From Candidatus Doudnabacteria bacterium (GTDB lineage: Bacteria > Patescibacteriota > Doudnabacteria > UBA920), in NCBI GenBank assembly GCA_023245895.1, contig JAHFJJ010000001.1, positions 7,621 through 71,620 of the forward strand: 64,000 bases of DNA, in the 5' to 3' direction. Below are positions 53,042 to 62,043 of the stretch, in pieces (within the stretch, counting starts at the first letter, position 1; every line of letters begins with the position of its first letter). The position numbers were made by a program, and so were the translations under genes. The notes under the pieces are model-generated. The model saw nothing but the letters and a program-made list of their open reading frames with translations, was not told the origin of the DNA and did not search any database.

Positions 53042-54361
53042 TTAATAATCTCTTAATTTATTTATATCAATATGCTCCCTTATCCTTTCAAGGGCTTTTG
53101 ATTCAATTTGCCTAATGCGTTCCCTGGTAACTCCGAATTCTTCACCCACTTCTTCCAAGGTATGGGTTACGCCGTCTTCCAGGCCAAAGCGCATTTTTAA
53201 AATTTTCTGTTCGCGCGGGTCTAAGTCATTCAAAATTCCGCCCACGTATTCTTTTAAAATTTGCCTGCCGGCCACTTCATTTGGCTTGGTGGTTTCTTCG
53301 TCTACTATAAAGTCGCCCAAAGATGAGTCTTCACCGTCATCTTCCCCTACCGGCGAGTCTATGGAAACCGTTTCCTGCGAGATTTTTTTAAGATGGTAAA
53401 CTTTTTCAACCTCAATGCCCATTTCCGCGGCAATTTCTTCGGGCAAAGGTTCGCGGCCTAAATCTTGAACCAATGATCTTTCTGCCTGGGCATATTTATT
53501 CAAAGTTTCCACCATGTGGACCGGGATGCGGATAGTACGGGACTGGTCAGCCAGCGCGCGGGTAATGGCTTGTCTTATCCACCACGTGGCGTAAGTAGAA
53601 AACTTATAGCCCTTTCGCCAGTCAAACTTTTCCACGGCCCTGAACAAACCCAGGTTGCCTTCCTGGATTAAATCCAACAGCCCCAAATTCCTGCCCATGT
53701 ATTTTTTAGCAATAGAAACTACCAAACGCAGGTTGGCTTCGGTAAGTTTTTTTCTCGCGGCCACATCGCCTTTGGTAATCCTTTTGGCCAGCTCCACCTC
53801 TTCTTCGCCTTTGAGCAAAGACACTTTGCCAATCTCGCGCAAATACATTTGAATGCTGTCGTCGTAAATGTCGCCCAGGTCAAAGGCGTCCACCATGTCA
53901 TCCGACTTTTTTCTGCCGGAGGTAGATCCGCCTTTGGCGGACTTTTTGCCCTTGCCTTTTACCGCTGTTTCATCATCCGCAGGCGCCTTGTTCTGCTCCC
54001 AAACGCTGGCTACTTCCTGGTCAACAATTTCAATGCCGCGCTTTTCCAACTGCTCCATTACATTTTCCAAACCCTGTATGTCGTCTTCAAAATAAGGGAT
54101 GCTATGCAAAATTTCCGCTTCCGTAACAAAACCGCGCTCACTGGCTTTTTCCATGAGCTTCTTTAAAAGTTTTTCCGTGTCCACCACCGGCTGCTTCAAC
54201 GGCAAAGCCCCCTGCACGGGCTTTGCGGCCGCGCGCTTGGCTTTTGCCTTAAGGCGCATTTTTATGGCCTTCTTATGCTGATTGTTTTGCTTGCGCTTAA
54301 CAACCTTCTGCTTCTTTGCGCCCTTCGCAGATTTTTTAATTGCCTTTTTTTTCTTAGCCAT
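53042..54361 (-). CDS. rpoD: RNA polymerase primary sigma factor (sigma-70), short form with a Lys-rich N-terminus; contains the GGATCC-palindrome element in frame
   Basis: Region 2 [40 protein letters not shown]. Regions 3 and 4 present, including [20 protein letters not shown]. It follows dnaG, the macromolecular-synthesis operon order. 53916-53943 encodes [11 protein letters not shown]. Confidence 0.9.
   Translation of the reverse strand: MAKKKKAIKKSAKGAKKQKVVKRKQNNQHKKAIKMRLKAKAKRAAAKPVQGALPLKQPVVDTEKLLKKLMEKASERGFVTEAEILHSIPYFEDDIQGLENVMEQLEKRGIEIVDQEVASVWEQNKAPADDETAVKGKGKKSAKGGSTSGRKKSDDMVDAFDLGDIYDDSIQMYLREIGKVSLLKGEEEVELAKRITKGDVAARKKLTEANLRLVVSIAKKYMGRNLGLLDLIQEGNLGLFRAVEKFDWRKGYKFSTYATWWIRQAITRALADQSRTIRIPVHMVETLNKYAQAERSLVQDLGREPLPEEIAAEMGIEVEKVYHLKKISQETVSIDSPVGEDDGEDSSLGDFIVDEETTKPNEVAGRQILKEYVGGILNDLDPREQKILKMRFGLEDGVTHTLEEVGEEFGVTRERIRQIESKALERIREHIDINKLRDY
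53916..53943. repeat. GGATCC-centred palindrome family, a copy inside the rpoD N-terminal low-complexity region
   Basis: ccggaggtagatccgcctttggcggac compared with the perfect palindrome ccgccaaaggcggatccgcctttggcgg at 10839. Confidence 0.6.
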
Positions 54362-54454
54362 ATATAAAGGATATTTATGGATATTAGGATATTAATAGAT
54401 ATTGAATTTGTAGATATTTGACAATATCCAATATCAATAAATATCTACTAATAC

Positions 54455-56215
54455 CTAAAGATGATTCTCAAATACTGCTCTCTCTTTTAACAAATTAGCA
54501 AAGGTTAGATTTAATTCATCAACTCTTAGTTTATTGCCGGCGGTTTCCGCGGCCTTAATGTCGGACTGCAAAGCCTGCTGTTGGCGTTTTAAGGAATTAA
54601 CTTTGAGCAATGCGAAAGATTTTTCTAAAATTCTCCTTAATCTGTCAGTCTCTCCGCCCAGTTCGTCCAGTTGTGATTCTACCATAAAAAGCACTTCTTT
54701 GGCTAGTGTTGTCTGTCGCGCTGATGCGGCTTGTTCTCCCCCTGCAATTAGCTGGCTTACTGCCTTACCAACCTCAGGATCCTCAAAATCTTGCGCCTGG
54801 ATTTTGCCCAAAATTGCAGCCAAAAAATCCGGCAAAAACAGCAACCCCCCCAAAACTTCCTTTTGCAAAAGCAGCCCCGGCGCAACTTTTTGGGCCTGTG
54901 ATATACTATCCCCTATACCCTGTACCCTCAACCCTCCCTTTATCTGGTCCCGAATAACCTTTTCCGAAATTAAAAACCTGGTGGCAATATTATGCACGTA
55001 ATGGTCCTGCTCTAACGGGTCGCTCACAAAGCCTAAAAACGGTACCACCTCTTTACTCAAATATAATTTTTGCTCTACCGAACCCTGTTTAAAATTGTTT
55101 TCGGCTAAATCTATGTAGTAATCCAAAAACCAAATAGCTTCGCTGATGGCTTTTTCCCAAAGCCCCGGAGATTTTTTTATTAGTTCGTCGGGGTCCTTAA
55201 CATTTTTAAGGATGATGAGTTTTAAACGGAAGCCATTCTTCAAAGCCAGCTCCCCGGCGCGTCGGCTGGCAGTCTGACCCGCGGCGTCACTGTCAAAACA
55301 AAACTTTAAATTTTTTGTCAGGCGCCCTAGTTGCTGGAGCTGTTGTTCTGTCAAAGCCGTGCCGCTGGATGCCACGGTGTTTGCAAAGCCAGCCTGGTGA
55401 GCCGCAATGCAATCCATTTGTCCCTCGACAATGACCGCTTCATCTTTTTTGCGAATAGCGTCTTTGGCAAAATTCAGCCCGAACAAAATTTTGCTTTTGT
55501 TGTAAATGGCGGTTTCAGGGCTATTAACATATTTCGCGGACTTACCATCATCGCGCAAAATTCTGGCAGAGAAACCAACGGTCTCACCAAAATAATTATA
55601 AATGGGAAAAGTTACGCGCCCACGGAATCGGTCGTACATTTGTCCGCGTTCATTTTTGGCCGACACTCCGGCTTTTACCAGCTCGTTGATGTTAACTTTT
55701 TTAGTTGCCAAAGCTTTTTCCAAAGCGTGAAAATCATCAGCCGCAAAACCAATTTCCCAGTTTTTTATTGTCGCCTCGCTAAGTCCGCGCGTTTTTAAAT
55801 ACTCCAAAGCTTCCGCGCCGCCTTTGCTTAATAAGACCTGATGATAGTAACGCGCGGCAAAAGCGTTTATCCTTAACAATAATTCTTTTTCATCCTGCTG
55901 ATACTGGTCAACCGGCTTATAGGTTGGCAACTTCACCCCCGCTTTGTCAGCCAAAATTTTCAGCGCGTCCCTAAATTCCAAATTCTCATATTTTCTCACA
56001 AAACCAAAAACATCCCCGCCCTCGCCGCAGCCAAAGCAATGCCAAATCTGCTTTTGCGGGCTTATGATTAAAGACGGTGACTTCTCATTATGAAAAGGGC
56101 AAGGCGCCTTAAAATTGACGCCGGCCTTCTTAAGTTGAATATAACCGCCGATGATATCCGCAATATTCAGCCTATCCTTAATCTCTTGTAATACCGGATC
56201 GTTCATAGGTTTCAA
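54455..56215 (-). CDS. dnaG: DNA primase
   Basis: Zinc-binding CPFHNEKSPSLIISPQKQIWHCFGCGEGGDVFGFV. A TOPRIM region (EGQMD...D.D..G). 586 aa. Immediately upstream of rpoD. Confidence 0.9.
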   Translation of the reverse strand: MKPMNDPVLQEIKDRLNIADIIGGYIQLKKAGVNFKAPCPFHNEKSPSLIISPQKQIWHCFGCGEGGDVFGFVRKYENLEFRDALKILADKAGVKLPTYKPVDQYQQDEKELLLRINAFAARYYHQVLLSKGGAEALEYLKTRGLSEATIKNWEIGFAADDFHALEKALATKKVNINELVKAGVSAKNERGQMYDRFRGRVTFPIYNYFGETVGFSARILRDDGKSAKYVNSPETAIYNKSKILFGLNFAKDAIRKKDEAVIVEGQMDCIAAHQAGFANTVASSGTALTEQQLQQLGRLTKNLKFCFDSDAAGQTASRRAGELALKNGFRLKLIILKNVKDPDELIKKSPGLWEKAISEAIWFLDYYIDLAENNFKQGSVEQKLYLSKEVVPFLGFVSDPLEQDHYVHNIATRFLISEKVIRDQIKGGLRVQGIGDSISQAQKVAPGLLLQKEVLGGLLFLPDFLAAILGKIQAQDFEDPEVGKAVSQLIAGGEQAASARQTTLAKEVLFMVESQLDELGGETDRLRRILEKSFALLKVNSLKRQQQALQSDIKAAETAGNKLRVDELNLTFANLLKERAVFENHL

Positions 56216-56250
56216 CCCCCTCTCTTTTCAAAAGAGAGGGGCGGGGTGAG
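56216..56250. repeat. Hairpin element cccctctcttttcaaaagagaggggcggggtgag directly upstream of dnaG
   Basis: Same family as the in-frame element at 14251-14283. Confidence 0.55.
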
Positions 56251-56304
56251 TTCTTTTGAGATATTCTTACCCTATTTTAGCTGTATTTCCAATATTCCAC
56301 TATA

Positions 56305-56334
56305 TTGACAGTATAGTCAATTTTATGCTATAAT
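56305..56334 (+). promoter_or_regulatory. Sigma-70-like promoter: TTGACA, 18 nt, TATAAT
   Basis: Consensus hexamers 160 nt upstream of ATG 56497. The leader contains two small hairpins. Confidence 0.5.
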
Positions 56335-56496
56335 ATAAGGTTAAATTAAATAATTGATTATTGTGAAAATTAGCCCATTTTTACGGCAATTTCCCGTTTA
56401 ATCAATTCTTTATAGGAATTGAACGTTCTTTGTCCGACCACTTAATCGTGGCCGGAAATTCAAACCTGCCCAAATGGGCAAACAAAAGAGGGAAAA

Positions 56497-57330
56497 ATGA
56501 AAGAAGAAAATAATATTGGAAACGCGTCCGACCAAACCGACTCCCCTGCATCTTCAGAGTCTACTCAAGAAGTCAGACTCGTGGAAGAAACTTCGGGATT
56601 AATTGCGTCACCAACACCGGTTGACAGCGAGACCCAAAAACCGCAAGAAAAAACGGGCAAAGATATCGTGCTCGTGTCTCAAGATCGCACAATCTTCAAA
56701 TCCGTCTACGCCTTGGAGGTCACCGGCCGAAGAGTGCAGTCGGTCTCCGGAATCCTTCACTGGAAGCCGGAGACTCTTATCAGAAGAATTAAAACGGCCC
56801 TTCCGGCAGTGGTTGAACAGCAGCTCTACCTTCATGTAGGCGGAGATTTCCGGATTCAACCGGAATCTTTGGCGAAGTTGCTGAGGAGTTTTCTGGGAAG
56901 CTATGAACTGCAACCCGACGATTTCTTCAGTGTTTCTGTCGGTAACAACCTCGTCAAAAACAAGTTTGCCGACGTTGCCGACTTTCTGGAAGGCGCGCTG
57001 ACCTTGCTCGACAAAGTTTCAATCGACTACGCTGGTTTTACCATGAGCATGGAAGACGCGGCGGAATTGGTAAAGACTTACGGCCCAGAGGGCGCAGAGT
57101 CAATAATCGATTCAATCGCGGCCAACATCGACCATATTGCCCCACGGCTGAATGCTGAAAACCGTTCTTTCGAACGCGCAATGGGCATTGCCATCGGGTT
57201 CCTGGTAGACGTAATCATTCCGGACAACCGTTCTTCACCGGCGGTTCTGGATATGCTTGAATACTTTCAAGACACTGACGGCCTCCTACGCGCGCAAATG
57301 CGCAGGGCCACCGGAAAGGACGAAGAATGA
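56497..57330 (+). CDS. Hypothetical protein, 277 aa; higher GC
   Basis: Acidic, Ser/Thr-rich N-terminus. It overlaps the downstream J-domain gene by 4 nt. Confidence 0.4.
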   Translation: MKEENNIGNASDQTDSPASSESTQEVRLVEETSGLIASPTPVDSETQKPQEKTGKDIVLVSQDRTIFKSVYALEVTGRRVQSVSGILHWKPETLIRRIKTALPAVVEQQLYLHVGGDFRIQPESLAKLLRSFLGSYELQPDDFFSVSVGNNLVKNKFADVADFLEGALTLLDKVSIDYAGFTMSMEDAAELVKTYGPEGAESIIDSIAANIDHIAPRLNAENRSFERAMGIAIGFLVDVIIPDNRSSPAVLDMLEYFQDTDGLLRAQMRRATGKDEE

Positions 57331-58457
57331 GCGACTTCACACGCGAGCTTCGAAGACAGTTCGAAGCCAAGCCCGTATGGGGCGACATAAATCCGCTGGT
57401 TGTTATGGGGCTGACCGAAGCTATTCTGGATTTGGAAGTTTCTGAAGACCAGTTGCACAAGATAGTCCGCAGTTTCGCCCGCCAACTTTCTGCCCAAGTT
57501 CACCCCGACAAAGCCCCTAACCAAGAAGTTACGGAGCGGCAAAAAAGCATTATTGCCGCCTTTGACTTCATTGACGATGAGGAAACTTTCCGGGTCGCTT
57601 TGAAAGACTTTAGGAATCTCAAAGCTGAGGATAGGAAAGAAAACCAAGCTCTTCGCCAAACTATCGCTGCCCTTCGCCGCCAACTTACTAGTCATGCAGA
57701 AGAGATGAATAGATTTGCGGACATTAGAAGGCAAATTACTGAAGAACGCTCCGCCTTCGAAAGAACAAAACTTGAAGATCCGGCCATGGTCCCAATTCTG
57801 GAGGAAAAAATTGAAAGATTCAACCAGGTGATCAGCGCACAAGAGCGGCGTATTGGGCATTCTGAAGAGATTCAAAAGCAATGGAGACGCAGGCATGCCG
57901 ATTCGCTCCGTTACATTATTAACCTAGGAGAAAGAGAGGAAAACCAACCTGGGGCAATTTTTGTGTACGACACGAAGTGGGCGGCCATTGCATCGCTCCC
58001 CGATATCGATTCGCCTTGGGTAGGAAAGCGACAAGAAATGGAGGATGTAGCACAAGCTGCAAAATCGATAGGAATCGCAGACAAGGAGATTACGCAGATA
58101 AAGGAAGCTTGGCAAAGGTATTACAATGATAACCAATTAGCAAGAAAGAGTCAGAACCATCGGCTAAGCCTCATCCAACTAAACACTGGAAAGCCCTCGC
58201 TGGTTATTGGTCAAAAGACCGCCGTATGGGGTGGCAACTTAATTGGCTCATTGGATCCTAAAGCCCTTCCTACGATGGGAAGAGGTTGGCTGGAATTCTC
58301 GCTGCAATATGAGAAGGTGATAAACACACTCACACCTTATCTCGCACCGGGCAATCTGCTGGTTTCCGTCTTTAAGAAAAGAGGTGATTCTCACCTGGAC
58401 ATTACTTGCCCAGCATTCAAGTTCACTACAAAGAAAATCATCATCGCTGTAGGTTAA
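57327..58457 (+). CDS. J-domain (DnaJ-like HPD motif) protein with a long coiled-coil and C-terminal domain of unknown function
   Basis: LHKIVRSFARQLSAQVHPDKAP reads as J-domain helix II followed by the HPD loop. No Gly/Phe region and no zinc-finger region, so it is not a DnaJ/CbpA orthologue. Confidence 0.5.
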   Translation: MSDFTRELRRQFEAKPVWGDINPLVVMGLTEAILDLEVSEDQLHKIVRSFARQLSAQVHPDKAPNQEVTERQKSIIAAFDFIDDEETFRVALKDFRNLKAEDRKENQALRQTIAALRRQLTSHAEEMNRFADIRRQITEERSAFERTKLEDPAMVPILEEKIERFNQVISAQERRIGHSEEIQKQWRRRHADSLRYIINLGEREENQPGAIFVYDTKWAAIASLPDIDSPWVGKRQEMEDVAQAAKSIGIADKEITQIKEAWQRYYNDNQLARKSQNHRLSLIQLNTGKPSLVIGQKTAVWGGNLIGSLDPKALPTMGRGWLEFSLQYEKVINTLTPYLAPGNLLVSVFKKRGDSHLDITCPAFKFTTKKIIIAVG

Positions 58458-58738
58458 CGACGTTTCCAGGCTGCGCGAAGCCAAAACAACAATCCGAGAC
58501 AAAGTATCGCGCTACTTTGTCTCTTTTCCAAAGCTTGTGATTCCGATCATGAATTTTGGAAAACAACTATCGACAAAACCAAATAAAAATGATATTCTAT
58601 GCAAAGCCACTTTAAAAGGACTCCCGAAAATCCACCTGAGAATTTTATTAAGGGATTTTTGGGAAAGAGGAGCAACTGCGGAGGGCGAGAGGCGATTCGC
58701 TTTAGCGAATCCCGAAAGCCCGAAGCAAGTTGCGACGA

Positions 58739-58828
58739 GGAAGCGTCGCATAGTGGTCTAGTGCACGCGCTTGGAAAGCGCGCAACCTGTCAAAGGGTTC
58801 GGGAGTTCGAATCTCCCCGCTTCCGCCA
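58739..58828 (+). tRNA. tRNA-Ser (anticodon GGA), CCA encoded
   Basis: Acceptor ggaagcg/cgcttcc, D-arm gcat-agtggtcta-gtgc, anticodon stem cgcgc/gcgcg with loop ttGGAaa, a long variable arm aacc-tgtcaaag-ggtt, T-arm gggag-ttcgaat-ctccc, discriminator G then CCA. 90 nt. Confidence 0.75.
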
Positions 58829-58835
58829 CAAAAAA

Positions 58836-58866
58836 CCAATCACAGATGTGATTGGTTTTTTGTGTC
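58836..58866 (+). terminator. Rho-independent terminator after tRNA-Ser
   Basis: aaccaatcacagatgtgattggtt followed by ttttgtgt. Confidence 0.7.
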
Positions 58867-58895
58867 CCGAGCGAAGTCGAGGGGCAAAAAATATG

Positions 58896-61361
58896 TTATT
58901 TCCCCAATTTATCTTCTACCTTCTTTATATTCATACTGGCTTTCAAAACTGTATCTGGATTTAACGATATCGAATCTATGCCGAGGCCGACTAAAAATTC
59001 CCCAAAATCCGGGAAGTCAGATGGCCCTTGGCCGCAAATGCCTACCTTAAGGCCGCGGTTGTGGGCTTCAGGGATGAGGATGGATATTAGTTTTTGCACA
59101 GATTTGTTGCGTTCGTTGCCAATGTGGGCGATGAGTTTGCTGTCGCGATCAAGTCCGAGCGTCAGTTGGGTTAAGTCGTTGCTGCCGATTGAAAATCCGT
59201 CAAAAATTTCCGCGAACTCGTCTACCTGCAAAATATTGGAAGGAATTTCGGCCATCACCCAAACTTCCACGCCTTCCACAAGGTCTCCATTTTTCTTTTT
59301 CTTCCTGTCATCAGCCGATATTCTTTTCAGGCCATGATAATTTAATATCTCAATTACTTTTTTTCCTTCTTCCGGCGTGCGGCAGAACGGCACCATAACG
59401 CTTAAATTCCACAAGCCCATTTCTTCGCGGATTTTTTTTACGGCTTCCACTTCCAAAGAGAACGCCTTTTCAAATTTGGAATCGTAATAGCGGCTAGCCC
59501 CGCGCCAGCCCATCATGGGATTTTCTTCAATGGGTTCGTATAATTTACCGCCAACTAATCCCGCGTATTCATTACTCTTGAAATCGGAAAATCTTAGCAG
59601 GACATCGTACGGATAAAAAGCGGAAGCCAGCTGGGCAACGCCGTAAGCAAACTTTTCGGAATAATACTGCACCTTGTCTTTATAGCCAGCGGTTAAACTG
59701 TCTATTTGCTGCTTAACTTTCTCATCCGTAAGCTTGTCATAATCAATGAGCGCGTTAGGGTGGATTTTAATAAAGTTGGAGATAATAAATTCCACGCGCG
59801 CAAGGCCTACGCCCTTGTTGGGCAAAAAAGAATAGTTAAAAGCCAATTCCGGGTCGGCGGCTATCATTTTAATATCTGTTTTGGGCGGCTGGAAATTGGT
59901 CAGGTCGGTTTTGTTGATTCTAAATTTCAGCAAGCCTTCGTAAACCTTGCCGACTTCGCCTTCGGCGCAGGATACGGTAATTTCCATGCCGTCCTTAATT
60001 ACTTCCGTGGCATTGCCGCAACCCACGACCGCCGGAATACCAAGCTCGCGCGAGACAATAGCCGCGTGCGATGTCCTGCCCCCCGCGTTAGTAACAATCG
60101 CGGACGCAATTTTCATAATCGGTTCCCAGTCCGGGTCCGTAATTTCCGTAACCAAAACTTCGCCCTTTTTAAATTCGCTAAGCTGTCCGGCATTGCGTAT
60201 ATAGCGGGCCTTGCCCTGGCCAATCTTGGCGCCCACCGCGGCCCCTTGAGCGATGATGTTACCCTTTTCTTCCATCACAAATTCTTCCAAAACATTTCCT
60301 TCTTTACGCGCCTGCACGGTTTCCGGCCTGGCCTGCACAATAAAGAGTTCTTTTGTTACTCCGTCGTAAGCCCATTCAATGTCCATTGGCCTTTGGTAGT
60401 GCTCCTCTATAATTACCGCCCACTTGGCCAATTTTAAAATCTGTTCATCGTTTAAAGTCCAGGCGTGCCTGTCTAAAGGGTCGACCGGCAATTCTTGTGT
60501 AGGTTCAGATGACCCCGCGGGGGTATAGACCAGCTTTTTCTCTTTGCTGCCTAAGCGTTTGCTAATTATGGACTTAAAGCCTTTTTTTAAAGTTGGCTTA
60601 AAAACTTTAAACTCATCCGGCGTAACCACGCCTTTAACCACAAACTCGCCAAGGCCCCAGGAGGCGTTAATTAAAACTAAATCTTTAAAGCCGCTTTCCG
60701 TATCCAGTGTAAAAATTACGCCGCTTGAGCCGCGGTCACTGCGCGCCATTTTTTGCACAGCCACGGAAAGTGCAATGTTAAAGTGGTCATAATTCTTGTC
60801 CTGCCTGTAAGAAATAGCCCGGTTGGTAAAAAGCGAGGCGAAAGCTTTTTTTATTGATTCCAGCAATTCGTGGTCGCCGCGCACATTTAAATAACTCTCC
60901 TGCTGTCCGGCAAAAGAAGCATCGGGCAAATCTTCCGCGGTTGCGGATGAACGGACAGCCACATCCAAATCCGCGGGCGAAAGTTTGAGTTTTTCCCCTA
61001 ACTGGCCAAAAGCTACTTTAATTTCCATTTCTAAATCTGCCGGAAACGGGGCCGATAAAATCAGCTCCCGCACTTGTGCGCCTTTTTCTTCCAAGTGTTT
61101 TATATTGTGCGTGTCCAAACCTGCCAAGGCGTCCTTAATTTTTTGGTCAAGGTTATTTTGCTTTATAAAATAATTATAGGAATAAGCGGAAACGGCAAAC
61201 CCAAAAGGAACAGAAATTTTTTCCCCGGGAAACAGCTTGCTCTCGGCGCCGGTTAAATTACGGTACATTTCCCCCAAATTCGCGTTCTTGCCTCCAACCA
61301 AATTCACATCTTCTTTGCCAATCTCGTCAAACCAAAAAATGAACTGATCTTCTTTTGCCAT
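58896..61361 (-). CDS. ppsA: Phosphoenolpyruvate synthase (pyruvate, water dikinase)
   Basis: N-terminal VNLVGGKNANLGEM. A central phospho-His domain (GGRTSHAAIVSRELGIPAVVG). A C-terminal PEP-utilising TIM barrel. 821 aa. Confidence 0.85.
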   Translation of the reverse strand: MAKEDQFIFWFDEIGKEDVNLVGGKNANLGEMYRNLTGAESKLFPGEKISVPFGFAVSAYSYNYFIKQNNLDQKIKDALAGLDTHNIKHLEEKGAQVRELILSAPFPADLEMEIKVAFGQLGEKLKLSPADLDVAVRSSATAEDLPDASFAGQQESYLNVRGDHELLESIKKAFASLFTNRAISYRQDKNYDHFNIALSVAVQKMARSDRGSSGVIFTLDTESGFKDLVLINASWGLGEFVVKGVVTPDEFKVFKPTLKKGFKSIISKRLGSKEKKLVYTPAGSSEPTQELPVDPLDRHAWTLNDEQILKLAKWAVIIEEHYQRPMDIEWAYDGVTKELFIVQARPETVQARKEGNVLEEFVMEEKGNIIAQGAAVGAKIGQGKARYIRNAGQLSEFKKGEVLVTEITDPDWEPIMKIASAIVTNAGGRTSHAAIVSRELGIPAVVGCGNATEVIKDGMEITVSCAEGEVGKVYEGLLKFRINKTDLTNFQPPKTDIKMIAADPELAFNYSFLPNKGVGLARVEFIISNFIKIHPNALIDYDKLTDEKVKQQIDSLTAGYKDKVQYYSEKFAYGVAQLASAFYPYDVLLRFSDFKSNEYAGLVGGKLYEPIEENPMMGWRGASRYYDSKFEKAFSLEVEAVKKIREEMGLWNLSVMVPFCRTPEEGKKVIEILNYHGLKRISADDRKKKKNGDLVEGVEVWVMAEIPSNILQVDEFAEIFDGFSIGSNDLTQLTLGLDRDSKLIAHIGNERNKSVQKLISILIPEAHNRGLKVGICGQGPSDFPDFGEFLVGLGIDSISLNPDTVLKASMNIKKVEDKLGK

Positions 61362-61418
61362 GTTTATATTTTAATAATCATAAAATATTATACCAATTTT
61401 AGATACTTTAATAAATTA

Positions 61419-61452
61419 GCCTCAATAATTCACGGCCGTGAATTATTGAGGC
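61419..61452. promoter_or_regulatory. Perfect 34-nt palindrome gcctcaataattcacggccgtgaattattgaggc covering the stop of the PaaX-like gene
   Basis: Exact self-complementarity. It shares the core ttcacggccgtgaa with the second palindrome at 62003-62036. Confidence 0.6.
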
Positions 61453-62009
61453 TTTCTGATTTTGTTCAAATCAAATCTTTTTCTTAGCTCCTCATCATTA
61501 TCCATTTCATCGACTTTAATAATCCTTATATAATTCATTAGACCGCTTTGCTGCAGATAGCCTATAGCCTCTCTGTTTAAAGGATAAGGGTTAATAAAAA
61601 CGCTGGCTTGAAGCTTTACAAAATTATTTCTTTTTAAAAGGCCTCGTAATTGATCTCGTTTATCTCTAGCCTCTTCTGGTACATCAAAAATTACAATCCT
61701 CCATTTTCCATCCCAATGATTGCTTTTACTGATACTTGCCTTTACAAAAAGTTTTTCCAATTCACCTTTGCTAGTTAAGGCAAGAAAATTGTTACTTCCT
61801 TTTTTAGCTACCTTTACCAATCCTTTACTTTTCATTCGGCGTATAGATTCATAACAACTTTTCTTGCTTGCCCCTTTAAGTTGATTTCGACGCCAGCTAT
61901 CCGTGTGCTCTAAAGGCCATTGGAAAAAGCCCGTCGATTCACCTATAGCTGTTAATAATATACTGCTTAATGACCCGTATTTATTGCTCATAAATTTATT
62001 ATACCTCAT
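61443..62009 (-). CDS. PaaX-family-like transcriptional regulator
   Basis: WDGKWRIVIFDVPEEARDKRDQLRGLLKRNNFVKLQASVF matches the PaaX C-terminal-domain pattern. The N-terminal part is winged-helix-like. Its start and stop codons lie inside the two flanking perfect palindromes. Confidence 0.5.
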   Translation of the reverse strand: MRYNKFMSNKYGSLSSILLTAIGESTGFFQWPLEHTDSWRRNQLKGASKKSCYESIRRMKSKGLVKVAKKGSNNFLALTSKGELEKLFVKASISKSNHWDGKWRIVIFDVPEEARDKRDQLRGLLKRNNFVKLQASVFINPYPLNREAIGYLQQSGLMNYIRIIKVDEMDNDEELRKRFDLNKIRKPQ

Positions 62010-62036
62010 TATTTCACGGCCGTGAAATAATGAGGT
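62003..62036. promoter_or_regulatory. Perfect 34-nt palindrome acctcattatttcacggccgtgaaataatgaggt covering the start codon of the PaaX-like gene
   Basis: Exact self-complementarity, about 85 % identical to the palindrome at 61419. Confidence 0.6.
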
Positions 62037-62043
62037 TATTTAA

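Noticed and set aside
58599-58964. 121 aa ORF on the plus strand overlapping tRNA-Ser and its terminator
   Set aside because: It is fully explained by the tRNA-Ser(GGA) gene plus the terminator hairpin. The hairpins create its only in-frame Met, and it has no RBS.
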